NCBI GenBank assembly: GCA_000320545.1
Contig: ADNK01003008.1
Span: forward strand, 1-58,702
Reading direction: 5' to 3'
From: Bigelowiella natans CCMP2755
Lineage: Eukaryota > Protista > Cercozoa
Length of the DNA: 58,702 nucleotides
Shown here one piece after another: positions 14,180 to 27,238 of this stretch (the first letter of the stretch is position 1; every line of letters begins with the position of its first letter). The notes under the pieces are model-generated. The model was not told where the DNA came from. It did no database searches and saw only the letters and a list, made by a program, of their open reading frames with translations. Both the position numbers and the translations under genes were made by a program.

Positions 14180-14180
14180 T
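14075..14180. repeat. Tandem duplication of GACCCCTTCGGTCA plus (TA)n
   Basis: Two copies of gaccccttcggtca, each followed by aatacat/atacacat and a (TA)n run. Confidence 0.8.
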
Positions 14181-14968
14181 ACCTTTCTCTATAACCACTA
14201 GCTTGTATTAGTGCTCGTGGAGTTCATTCTTCGCAGCAAAAAGGTGTACTTCGAATCGCGTTGAGCTGATATTGGCCTTTTTCCAACTTGGCTTTGTGCA
14301 CACGAGCAGGTGCTCTTGAAAGAACCACCGCTGAGATGAAGAATGGATCAGTGCCGATGACTCATATTGATATTGATAAGAAATCCATCGTGGAAAATTA
14401 AGTTCCTGATAGAGTACGCAGCTTCCGTGATAGTTTCATTTAATGTGACATGTACACGGCTTGATGTAAATTCAGCGGTGGACTATTTGATCGTAGTCTA
14501 AAGCTTTCAACACAGCTGAGAAACTTGCATTGTGAGTGAATTGGATGCAATGCGCGCAAAACTGCATTAGCCATATGACATTTATTGCAACTAAATGCAA
14601 CGCACTAGATGTGCACATGAAGCTACAGCGCTTGTCACTTTGGTGTTAGGATGCCATATGTGCGCGCCATGTTGCATTCTTTAGCAATATCTATTCTCTC
14701 TAACTACAAGCAGATATAGCTGGTTACATACAAGGGCTACATGTTCACGCGCACCGTGATAAGAAAGTGCATCGACATCGAGCAACAATAATTCACACAC
14801 ATCGATCTTGGATATAAAGGTGTACATGTAACCAATAATCACTGGCAGTTGTTCTGCATCAGTGCATGGCTCGTAATCATCCCCAAGACTTGCGTTGTTT
14901 TGCTTGTCATCAGGGTCCTAATAGTTACACGCGCGCATGCAATGATGATAATAATATATATGTGAATT

Positions 14969-15008
<40 letters not shown>

Positions 15009-15104
15009 ACACACACACACACATACACACTATTAAACTAGCATAAAGTTGCGGTTGGAGGTCTATCCCTAGAGACCGACTGATCGCATATTGCAGCAAT
15101 ACTA

Positions 15105-15932
15105 CTATTCGCAATGAATCTTCTTCCGCCTACTGTGATATCCACGGGTATGTGTCGTCTGAAATGCCATTGCCACGGCAAACAGCGTCAACAATGCTTC
15201 TACTATCAAGTACACCACACATCCTCCGTGGAATAGATTGAGCCCCCCCAGGATAACACTGGACAAATTCAGAGCTGCTACTTTGCCGTACGCTAACAAG
15301 GCACTTCTGCGCATACTAGGCAACACCGACACTCGGCCCTCTCCGTCAGAATTGCGGATGGCCTCGTCCTGCTGCTGCTGATGTGTCTCCCACCGTCGAT
15401 ACGCGTCGTAGGCTATGATCATCATTGCCACGTGCTGGATGATAGTGAAGAAGGAGGCCCAGGCCGAGACAACGGGGGTACTCATGCTAGGGCATCTTGG
15501 CGACACTATCGTCGCAGCACCTGTTGCACGTACCATTACGTCGCCGTATATCATGATGGCGTTGGCAATACCCCAAGAGAGACCTGCAGCGACTGCACTC
15601 GGAAGGTCGTGTATGGGGTAGAGCACCGCATTCACGGCTATTACAGAGAATCGCCTCCGTGATAAGAAGTAGTACTTGAGGTACTGGAGTCGGAAGGCCT
15701 CCTGAGAGACAACGGTGATGATCGATAGAAATAGGAAATTTGACTGCAGCGGGAACACCGTCAGCCTAACGATAGCAGCTGCGGCAAAGGAGAGGAGGTA
15801 GATGGCGGCAGAGGCGATGGAGACTACGAAGAGTTGTGGCCGTGTCAGGATGTAGAGCCCCACAAATAGACAAGAGGGACCAAAGGCCACAATGAGATTG
15901 GAGTAGTGCAGTATCTGTGATTCTATTAGCAT
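15105..15932 (-). CDS. APH1: Gamma-secretase subunit APH-1, intronless
   Basis: 275-aa multi-TM ORF with APH-1 motifs: LIVAFGP, VVSQEAFR, AVAAGLSWGIANA (GxxxG), GAATIVSPRCP and a conserved His in TM5. Confidence 0.88.
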   Translation of the reverse strand: MLIESQILHYSNLIVAFGPSCLFVGLYILTRPQLFVVSIASAAIYLLSFAAAAIVRLTVFPLQSNFLFLSIITVVSQEAFRLQYLKYYFLSRRRFSVIAVNAVLYPIHDLPSAVAAGLSWGIANAIMIYGDVMVRATGAATIVSPRCPSMSTPVVSAWASFFTIIQHVAMMIIAYDAYRRWETHQQQQDEAIRNSDGEGRVSVLPSMRRSALLAYGKVAALNLSSVILGGLNLFHGGCVVYLIVEALLTLFAVAMAFQTTHTRGYHSRRKKIHCE

Positions 15933-17558
15933 ATTTTCCTAGTCTCTTCTAGAGAAACGCGAGAACAATCTGAGAACAACGACAATTCGTGGATATGTCA
16001 TTATTGCGAAAATAGGAGCAATGACTCCTAACGAACAATAATCATTCGATCCCGTGATCGATAGGATTGACCTTTTTATTCATCTACACTAGAGTAGTGG
16101 AGGGTGGTGGGAACGAAGGTAGTAGTGTCGGAAGAAAATGATGGTAATTTCCCCAACCCCCACGTCAATATTCGCAAGAAATTTACATCACACAACAAAT
16201 TGTATATATATGGCACAAATTATCATGCTCAAACATCAACCTATCCTATTCTGCTGCCAGGCTAGTTAGCTTTTACAGCAACCCAGACACACAGTCCCCA
16301 TTCAGTCGAAAGCGCTTCTGTCAGATTTAGAGATTGCAAAAGAGAACTCGTAAATATGAAAATGCACGGAATTAAAATCTAATATATTCTAATTTCATTG
16401 ACGCATAGTAACTAAATAACATCATCAAAACCAGAAACCCCGCGAAATCGATCTTCCTGACGCTTAGATCCTTTCGGCGACAAGCCCGAGGCTGCCGATA
16501 AACGGTAGGCATCAGACAAATCTTAATATCTACGATATTTACTCGATAATTAGTCATTTTAAGATGGAAGCATAATCATTTGGAAGGAAAAACTAGTCAA
16601 GTGATGGTTGATTACTTCCGAAATGGGAAATAACTACGATATTATAAGCACTAAAAAATTTATCGTCTTTATTAACCTTAAAACATACATTACAACACCG
16701 GCTGAGAGGAATGGAAGCCTATAGAGAGGCTGCCCGTGCTAGATACCTTGCGGATGTAACGGGGAGAGGGATTCGGGGGAGGGGTATTTGGAGGGGAAAC
16801 AACTGTGCTGTCCCCTTCGATGATAATATCCTTATCGACTTCTATGCATTTTGGACTAAATTATGCGAATTCAATGTTGTGTCCTTCCAAATGTAGAAGA
16901 AGAAGAAGGAACAAGGGGCCTCGAAAAATGCGACGAGTAAAGCAGGCGTCGGGGATACCTTGACGAACCAGGAACTGGCAGGTCTATACTCCTCAAGTTC
17001 CCCATAAGATAACAAATAATGTGAAAGAAACTTTCGTACAAAGCAGATGCTAAGACGATTGCCACGAGTGGTGAAAAGTTAGCGACGAAATCAGGGGGCG
17101 AACCCAGGTGAAGAAGAATATTCAATCATTTATTTGACTTGCAGTATATGAAGTATCGTCTAATATGTGAAGAGGCGACCTGGGTGATGTTTTTGAGATT
17201 ATGAGAGAATGTACAGATTTGGGAGGTCATAATGAAGGGCACAAACCATCTAGTATAGAGAACGTATATTAATCGCAAGATACTTATCTTGAAAGCTCTT
17301 CTCTCCTTGAATCATCGCCCCCAAATCAGCGGTTTTGACTCGTCGTTAGGGGGGGGGCAGCATGTTTTCTTCCGGCTTCTGGGCGAGGTGGAGGTCAATC
17401 CCAATTGCTCATTGTTTTGATCTATTGAATGCTGAAGGGGACATATGTTACTAGTGGTGTAGGCTTCAAAATACAGACTTGGGTTTATTTGCTGATCATG
17501 TATTGAAAATGTACGCGCGAGATTGTATTCACGTGCATCGTAAACCTCATCGCTACAG

Positions 17559-18181
17559 ACAATATCAATGTCCTGTACCCCCCAAATGTCTATGACTGAG
17601 CTCATCGAAGCTGTCTCGAAACGGTACTACACAAGTGCAATGTCCCCTCCCCCCCCCCCCTCACTCGTTATATATTGTTTCGTGAGGATGCGCTCTTATC
17701 CGAACAGATTTCCAGATTTTGACACAAGCGCCCCTGTCGTTTTCAAAGGGATACGCGTTTGGCCTCTTGAGCATATCGGTCCTGTACACTGCAGCAAACA
17801 TTTGAATCGTGCGTGCATGAAATCACCAATGCAGCATGGGAGAAATAGTTTCTTATGTGAGTGCCGCCGTCACATCTATCTTCATCATAGACAATTAGAC
17901 GTATCGAACATAAACTTGCATCTTTACGCTCTTTCAATCACTAGAGCCGCCCAAAAATCTCCAGACGAATGTGGCCTTAAAGCTAGCACAAACAAGCCTA
18001 AGGAAGCATGGAGAAAGGAAGGTACGGTTGCGGACAACGATAGTTTCTCAGTGTGCTCGGGGCGTGTTGTGTGAGTGTGTGTTGCTTTTAGCGCTTTTGC
18101 GGCATTCAAAGACGCGTTGTGCCTTAGGTGGCGAAATCGTTTGAAGACGTCGGCATTCGTATAAGTAAGAACTTTTGTTAA
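17559..18181 (+). CDS. Exons of a ubiquitin-like-fold protein (partial; may join the downstream gene)
   Basis: AG/GT-bounded exons TISMSCTPQMSMTELIEAVSKR / FPDFDTSAPVVFKGIRVWPLEHI / ... / VAKSFEDVGIR resemble the ubiquitin-like beta-grasp pattern. Confidence 0.35.
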
Positions 18182-18322
18182 ACTCCAAGTGAATATGAGA
18201 TCATGTCCGGCCTGGAACCGCCATCGTTTCTTGTCCTACGACATAGTTTGGAGCTGGTGTTTTGCTGTATATCTGGCTGGTTTATGATCTTGATTATTGC
18301 CTGAGAAATGTAGCCACAATGC

Positions 18323-18361
<39 letters not shown>

Positions 18362-18386
18362 AGTGTCTTATTGTATTAGTATTATG

Positions 18387-18437
<51 letters not shown>

Positions 18438-18682
18438 AGAGAGAGGGGGTGCGAGAGAGTGAGAGACAATATGTCACAAATCATTAGGTGAAATAGAAGA
18501 GGAGAGGGAAAAAGCTGGCGTTGATGATTTAAAGGTAGGACGTCTTCAACATCCACATAAATGCGCTCGTGTGTGCGTGTGTGCGTGCGTGTATGTGTGT
18601 GTATAAGATTGATTTGGCATGTATATGCTCATGAAAGTGATGATGTGTTAATGACGGTTTGCTTCGTGGAGACATTGTATTG

Positions 18683-18721
<39 letters not shown>

Positions 18722-18837
18722 CATTACTATACAACAGACGCGTTTAATGGGAGAACTGCTCAGCGTACAGCGCTATCTACAAAATCAGCTTAAACGTGCG
18801 TATGCATTATTCGTCTCTCTCTCCCTCTCCCCCTCTT

Positions 18838-18875
<38 letters not shown>

Positions 18876-18919
18876 TGTGTGTTTGTGTGTGTGCGTTTTT
18901 TAAGTGATTGAAAGTATAG

Positions 18920-19848
18920 ATGGCAATGCACAGTATTGCTGCTTCTTCTATATCTGACCTGGCTGTCTGCAGCTACAATAGAGTCTCTTGGAATCGAGGC
19001 CGATGGGATCTTGATAGGTATTTGCCTGATGTGCGAATGATTATAATTGGAATTGCTTCCCCGGTTTATCCTAAATTGTTTATAAATGCTTGTGTGTGTG
19101 GGGAGGGAGGTGGGATAGAGCGTGTGTGTGTGTGTGTATGTGTGTGTGTGTTTGTCTATGCGCGTGTTGGCGGAAATAATGCTATTGTTCCTTTGGGATG
19201 TTGTCTTCCTCCGAATTGCTTTCATATGCAGGGCAAACAAAAGAACATAATTTGGCCATTAGCGAGGTTTGATCAAATGAATATATTTAAACGGCAGATA
19301 TGTGATTCTGTGGCGCTGATTTAAGTGTCCACCATTCGACTCCTAAAGACCCATGGCATAATATAGCCCGCTTTTCAATGTTTTGTGTGTGCAGCAGGAC
19401 GACTCCATCTTTTCTTTGCTCGAAGACGAGAAATCAACACAACTGGTCAGTGAGATGATGGATGCTATCATCGTTTGGTCATTCCTATCGTATCGTTTAT
19501 TCCATTTTCTCGCGATGTTGGCTCCGTGCCTGTGTAATTGAATGTCCTATTAAATCGTATGCTTATGCGGGTGCGGTGATAATGCCTTTTTCCTCTTCGA
19601 TGGCGCATACGACGATGCAACTGGCTCGAATGGGAACAACAGAAAGATAGTTCTCCAGAGGCATGGAAGAAGTATGAATGCGTTAATTAGCACCATATGC
19701 ACGTTTCTCCTGCCAATTTCGCGTTGAAGACAGGCCAATGCTGACTGGCGTTCTTGAAATCACGTCTTTTCACACATTTGTTGTGTGTTATTATTGCCAG
19801 ATTGCCACGCTGCTCGGATCTTCAGGTCTCTACTCAACGTTCATAAAT

Positions 19849-19925
<77 letters not shown>

Positions 19926-20725
19926 ATACACATATTATGTATAAAGCACTTTGTTTGTTTTGACAGCTCAAGAAACTAGTCGAGCCGTTCCGAACGCTAT
20001 ATGGACTGCGAAAGCGCAATAGAATATCTGGTTATTGATTATTGCCCATTGGGACGACTCCTCCTCCTGCTCATATCTTCTGTTTCGTTTTGATGACGAT
20101 GATGACGAGTGTGATGTGGCGGTGGTGATGCCGACAGTATCAAATGATGTAATGCTGCTTCAGCGCATACCGAAATCTACGACTTGGATCGATCAATCGA
20201 GTTTGCGTGTGCAATTATGGTAAAGATTCCTAACGAATACCTTCACAGTACGTTCTTTGGCAGCATCGAGAGAGGGACGGTGCATCATATCAAACATACG
20301 TCGATTTGTATTTGAATTTATACGAATATGCATGCACAATGCATTACGACCTACATAGGCTCCTCGCATCTTCAAGATTGTTAGCAAATACTTCCTGTTT
20401 AGACGATACGTGTACTACTCTATGATCGAAGTTGCGACGAAGGTGAGAGAAGGAAAGAGGAAGGAGGGGGGGGGGAGGGGCGCGGGGGGGGGCTAAGCTT
20501 CTCTCGAAAGATATGAGCTACTCAGCATCAGCAATATCGAGAATTTCGCATTTTTTGGTATGCTATGCAGTCTACTGCTCTTTGACTGTAAGTGACCAAA
20601 AAACACGGCTGATTATCACATAAACAAGCACCTCTACCCTTTCCTACTTCTACATGCTCATTCTTCTTTTGCATTCTTCAGCGCAGCACGTGAAACAACT
20701 GTTTTTCCACCCCCCTCCTCCCTCC

Positions 20726-20770
<45 letters not shown>

Positions 20771-20940
20771 TTTTTCTCACGTAAACCAGGCTCAGGAGGC
20801 ATACGCCGTGCTGCAGCGAGCCAATAAGATGAGTCCCTTTGATTGGATGACGGAAGATGCGATTAAGGAGGTGTGACAATCAAAACAACAACTAACAACA
20901 ACGCTCGAAAACAAACTTCTTGGAAAAAAGGGAAAAGAAC

Positions 20941-20976
<36 letters not shown>

Positions 20977-21697
20977 GTTCAAAGCCGTACAATTGAGTAG
21001 GAGTGGGTCGGAGCATCTCCCTTTTTATTGCTTCTAAACGCTGTGTTGCGTCTGCAAGACATGTGTTTGATGATGACTCGTATTGATAAGGAAATTAGAG
21101 AAGTCGGCTCGGCCCTCGCAAAAAGCATTCGCGAAGGTACAGTGTGAGAGATGTGAATGGCCTTATATTTGAGACGTCAAGTGCTGTCAAGTGCCGCCCC
21201 CCCCCCCCCTTCCACACACCCCCTAGAATCGACGGGGGAACAAGAAATTTTCCGTAATATATGAGTATCGATGTGCTTTCATCTTTTTACTAAAAACGAT
21301 TCTTTTCTCTTCCTCTCCGTGCAAGTCGTTCGCGTGTGCAGCATCGTGCATAAAGTGGCCATGTGGGATTATCGGAACTTCATCGTGCTTTTGGGTAGCA
21401 ACCGCAGCTGTAAACAATCACATGAGCCGGAGATAGGGAAAAAGAACATGAGCCGGAGATATTGGGACAATCATGTGACAAATAGTGTGGGATGAAAAAG
21501 TCGTCATTTTGATAATAATTACTACAAAGAATCTTTAGTTCCGGGGTCTCCAATTTTCCGTCCCAATCCCCCCCTCTATCTTCTTCATGCTTCGCCTTTG
21601 TGTACGTGGCAGGCTTGCACAAGAGAGTGGGGGAGGGCATGATGCGATGGTGTAGGACGGCAAAGCATTTTGACCCCTTGGTCTTTCGGTACTACTA

Positions 21698-21728
<31 letters not shown>

Positions 21729-22456
21729 AACTAGATACTCTGTTTCCTCTCTATCCTATTCGTTGTCTGTACTGAATCGATGACACTGCACACTTAAACT
21801 TAAAAAGAGCTTTCGGCTGTGCGGCGTTGTTTCCAGGAAGTTGAGTTGTATTGCCCATATTTGATCTTTGGAAATGGTAATCAGGCACGTCTTCGGGTTC
21901 GATTATCCTCCTGATCCCGCTGTAACTTCCCATTCTTTTCACTCCTAATTCAAGTCATATGGAGGGGAGGGGGGGTGTTTTACACTGTCGAGGAAAAAGT
22001 CTGAGCCGCCATCAACCAAGTTGTTGTTGGTTGTTGCCGTTGATGATTGGATTGTATTGCGTTGTTCTTCAGGTTGTGCCGAAGCTGTTCCCCATCCCTT
22101 TCTTCCGCGAATATGTGTCTGTGATGCGCTCCTTTGGATTGGAAGATACGGAGGTAGTTCTCGTACAGCTTTTACTATTAACAACATGATTTCTTGTTAG
22201 CTCTCCGCCGCGTTGATGGTGTCGCCTCGTGATGCGCTAAAAACTACCACATTGGCTTCTCTCACGCACGAGCGTTGGTTTCTTATGCTTGGATTAATCG
22301 TGTTATTCGTAAATCAGGATCAGGATTTGGAGATTCCAACAATGGGTGCTGACAACAAGCAAACGCTCACACACTTCCAACTAACCTTATAATCGGAATA
22401 CAACGGCTGTAGACGCCATTCTGAAAGATCGATGCATGGAGCGAACAGCATCCTAG
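18920..22456 (+). CDS. Multi-exon hypothetical protein
   Basis: Chain of AG/GT-bounded open exons between microsatellite introns: DDSIFSLLEDEKSTQL, AQEAYAVLQRANKMSPFDWMTEDAIKE, EIREVGSALAKSIRE, VVPKLFPIPFFREYVSVMRSFGLEDTE, DLEIPTM. No family recognised and the ends are uncertain. Confidence 0.55.
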
Positions 22457-23800
22457 CATCACTAACGTCAACGAATGGAGTTGTGCACTTGGTGTGTGTC
22501 GCTTACTCTCTTTTGCATGTTTTTGGCTTGTTGGCCATCAGGAAAGCACGATCACGATGATCTAGGCAGTTGAAAGGCCCGATTGCTGAATGAATGAAAG
22601 CTACACGATAGCGTATCGTATTACACCTCGCTGCGCGACAACAGTTCGCTATGTTTCTCGCATGGTGTTTTATACCCATTGCCTATCCAGAGAGCAATGC
22701 GATCGTTCTCCTGCAACGTGGAGCTCGTCACACGTTTCTAATGCGGCAAGCAAATCCCGGATTTCGAGAATCGGAGTGCGTGCGTTATTGAGAAGTTTCT
22801 GTGCTTGATGCTGGTGGTTCAATGAGCACCGGAATAGGAAGTTGTATTATTATATATTGAAATAACAACGAATTTTACTCCATTAAAGGCCGTGGCGTTT
22901 ATTTCGCTTAAAGCCGCAAAAAAACATTTGTAGCCTTGATTCAGCTTATGATTGTCTATTATGCTTATTCAGCTACAACAACAATGCATGTGCTCAGCTA
23001 GTCAGTTTGTATGATATATGAGACGGATGTGATGAAATGATTATATTTTTGCAAAAACTATCAATGTCTTGTCACAACTAGATAGACTAGCAGGGTAGCA
23101 GGGTCGGTTGCTCGCAATTATACGGCGACTTATTGCACGAAGCTACCTAACGTTATTTGTACTATTTTGAGGGCCTATTCGTATTCATATGCAACCTGCA
23201 ATGTCCAGTTTGTGCATATGGCTTCTCTAATTCTTTACATGCCTTGCATTCTTAAGCAGCGCGCGTCATCGAGGACACAGTGTTATTCTATGCACAGTCA
23301 CAGATGCAGTGTTTGCTGTTTTCTATCTTAACGCCAGCAGCTAGATTTCTATATTTCATAGCCATGAGCACTAGATTAGATGTATTATCCCATTACACCA
23401 CATACAATGCCGTGTGCTGCTACACAACCCGGGACAAGCCGCGCTAACAGCTTGCGTTTATGAATAAACTGTTGCATGCAAACTCCCTCGCCAACCTCGA
23501 AGAGGTCGCAGCTTTTCTTATGCTTTGTCAGCTTATGCATCACCGTCCTTGCTGCCGCTCTCTTCGTCGTCGCTGTCTTCAACGCTTGATGACTGGGTGG
23601 TAGAAAGGACGCGAAAGTGGTGAGGGATCGCAAAAACGACTCCCAAAAGAAAATACACTTGCGTGCGAATGTGTTCTCTCCATGCAACAATAACAACACC
23701 ATATCGTCTCATTTATCGTATCAGCGCGACAACTATTCCTGATTTCCGCTATAAACTTCGTCCATTGCGTCTCAAATCAGCAGCATGCAAATCTACAGCA

Positions 23801-24587
23801 ATGGATGGACTCCTAGCCTGCTCCCCCCCCCCCCTCTCTCCTCCCCCTTACTCAAATCCAAAAATCCACCTGCTTTCCCATGAAATCAGAGGCTGATATT
23901 CGAGGCATTTTCTTTTCCATTTGATCATCATCATGTGCTCCTCCGGGGGGCCGTTTCTGTATATGGCCACGGATTACTTGTAAGTATTGTGTTGTTATAT
24001 TCTCACATAAAGAAACAGTATATTTTTACAGATTTACATATATCTAAATATATCGTGTTTCACGCGCGAAGTTGCCGATTTTGAACGCTACATCGCTAGG
24101 GTTATGTTTTGAATTGGGAGTGCTTGTAGAGAGGCGTCTGAGGTGAATGTGTGGTTGCAGCTACTACTATTCGATACGATAAAGTCGCAGCTACCCGGCC
24201 ATTAGTGAGGTCCTCATTGTCCTTCTCATTTCCCTCTTCCTCCTCTTCCTCCTCGCTATCGCCACCATTTTCCTCCTCCCCAACACGTCTATATCCGCTC
24301 TGAAATATGATGGGATTTGTTCGCAAATTCGCGTTCAAACAAAGACGAGGAGAAAGCAGGCATTGGCCAACAGTAGTCGCATGCAGCATGTGATACGCTG
24401 TTTGAGACCACAAAATTGTATGCACGATAGCATTGTATGTACCGTCATGGAGTCGGCCAGAGGATGCCTCGTAGTCTCAAAACTGCCCACCACATCGGAG
24501 GCTGTATACACCACAAAAACACAAGTAGAGAGAGAAAGAGAGAGAGGGGAGGGGGGGGGGGGAGAAGCAGTTAGATAAATCATATAT

Positions 24588-24624
<37 letters not shown>

Positions 24625-25830
24625 TATTAAAATTTTCTGTGCGCGAGCGCGCATGTGTGTGTGTAAATGGTCACTACGACGACTATTGTTTATACTACCA
24701 CCACTACTATTACTATTACTACTACTACTATTACTACTAGTAGCAGTAGTAATACCAGGTTGCTTCCATCCCTCCACATTTGGATCAAGATACAACTCAA
24801 GATTAGCGATCGTATCAAACACCTCGATGCCCTTCAGCACTCGGCCCACCACCTGCCAAAGGTCGGTAAGTGGTGGAAAGGGTTATATTGATGGCGGGGG
24901 TGAGGTGGGGAGGGGGTGGAAGCTGCTAGTCATTTTGGAACTAATATGAGGATATTGAAGGATGCTGAAGAAATGATTAATCAATCCCGCTACTACCTGG
25001 TGAGACTTGTCCATAGAGTGAGTTGTGAGGTAGGTCAGCCGAAGTGTCGGCTTTGCCTCCCCCCTCTTCATCGTAAGAAGATAAGGCTCGGAATGCTCTA
25101 GGTTGCTCATATCGTCGCTGTCATCGGAGCGGAGCGGGTCGCACGATATATCAGTAACGGCAGGAAGGGCGTTGTGGGAGGGGAAATGGACGATGTTAAA
25201 GAGATGATGGCAATTATATCGAGACAACAGCAAGGCGTTTTCGCACTAGAAGCGCTCCATTCCAAATAGTGTTGTGACCCCCTCTCCCGCCCCCCCCTAG
25301 ACCCATTTTTTACGATTACGATGGGGTGATGGGAGGTCCGTCGTACTGCATCTCGATTAGCATGTTTTGTCTGCGACAATGAGGTTGGATTTGGGAGAAA
25401 AGAGGAGGATGGTAACAGCGGAGCAACTATGCTTGATTGCGGATGTAAAGATTGTTTAAAGGCGGCGTATCAGCCTTCTAGTCTTTCCAACGGTACACTT
25501 AACATCTACCCAATCCCTTCCTCCCCTCTAATATAAACTTACCGTAGTCGCGTAATCTTCCAATTCCTAAAGAGGGGAGAGGGGGGTAGGATGATGGAAG
25601 CCCATCAGTTTCTGACAAGTACTGCAGATGCGCGAACTTCTCTTCACGTTTATTGCTTCTTACAATCGAACCAACCTGGAGTGTGTGTGGATGTACGCTA
25701 TTTCACTAGGGACGTATGGGCCGAACATCTCGATCACGCAGGTTCCAATCACACGTCTGTTTGGAATACAAAGAAGCAGCGCAATGACGAGTTCTCAGGC
25801 TGGCCATCTAAGGAAGCAGTGTTTCTCTAG
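23801..25830 (+). CDS. Multi-exon hypothetical protein
   Basis: Exon-like segments LCFELGVLVERRLR, LLPSLHIWIKIQLKISDRIKHLDALQH, ILKDAEEMINQSRYYL, VAHIVAVIGAER and QGVFALEALHSK are bounded by AG/GT. Confidence 0.5.
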
Positions 25831-27238
25831 CATATAGTACATCCGTATAAAATTGTTGAAATGCTACTACACAGTATTGAAAGATCTCGCAGTAACAAAG
25901 AGAATTTATTTCATCGGTTGGCAGATTACAGCTCTCCTATTCAACCTATACGCAATTTTATACCTATCCTGTCTGATAGTGAGCTTGTAGCATGGGTTGG
26001 CAACATCGAGGTTGGGGAGCAGTGATTTCTCAAGCATATTTCCTTTTTTAAGATAAGCGTGTGAAAAATGTATTTGCAGCTTTTGGCGTGTCTTCTTTTT
26101 CATACGTGTACATGTCTCAGATGCAAAGCCCACAACACTTGGCTGCAGCATCTGCTTTCGTTGTTGCAAGAGTAATTTCAAGTAGTCATTGCACTTACCA
26201 ACGTGGCCACCAGGTTCAGCATAAAGATCTCGCTCACGGTCGCGTAGGCGCATTTTCCTGCGGGAGGGGGGGACCCAACTTAGATACAGATCAAGGTGAG
26301 GGCTTGTTCAGTTGGGGGAGTTTCTTACAGCTCGCGAACGGCCTCAGTGCTCCGAAATCTCTTCGGAACTAAAGTCCCCCTATCTCCCCCGCGGAGACGC
26401 ATCTGTGCCATTAGCTTCCTCAGTTTGAAAAGCCCAGACGACGAGGAGGGGGGATGGAGCGATAGGCCTATCGTGTCATCACAGAATAACCAATCCTCAT
26501 CGTCAATCGACTGATTCCGAGAAATTACTTGGTAAAGCTCTCAACTAACTGTGGAAAATCTGGGAGAGAGGCCGCTGACCTGCTCGATTCTTGTGTTGTG
26601 GTTCTGGAATATCTGCTTGCTTGTTCTCTTCCAACGGCGTGTCTCTGGCCATTGTGGACAGGAAGAGAACAAGAAGCTGAGGATGCAACAAGCGGTAGAA
26701 ACTACTCCTCATGGCCTTCCTTCTTGTTGCCGTTGTAGGTATGTCTTATCCCATCATGACCATCATGGAGAAGCCGGCCAAAGAAGAGGAGGGGGGAACC
26801 GAAGGCTCGGGCGGTGGGCGGAGAAGGAATTTCCCTAGTGCAAAGTATCAACTGGTAATTCTATCGGTAATTTTATTCCTGCGACTTAAAACAGAAGGTT
26901 GTCGCTCAACCCGAAATCCATCTTTCAAGTCCAGCTGCATTTCTAGTGCAGTAAGTGAAGTCGTGCACGCTGATTCGTTTGCATCTTGTGATCGTAGCTA
27001 ATAAGAACGAATGGAGATTAGGGTTATTATTACTGAAATTCCAGGAATTTGTAGCATCATTGCAATACAAATGGATTCCTTGTTGAGGTCATGAGGGCAT
27101 TAAAAGTCAGAAATATCCGGGTTTACATGTCGCTGATCAGATATCTCCTGCATCGTCCCGGACTACGGAAACATGCGCTGACGCTAAAAAATCGAAGTGT
27201 CCCCTACCCCCACCAATAATCTACTAACCCATCAAACA

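Noticed and set aside
16711-17280. Coding-like AT-rich stretch beginning MEAYREAARARYL
   Set aside because: Multiple stops in all frames and no recognisable family. At most an unidentifiable pseudogene.
25906-26900. Exon-like fragments on the minus strand (MRLRDRERDLYAEPGG...)
   Set aside because: No consistent open spliced frame or family could be built.
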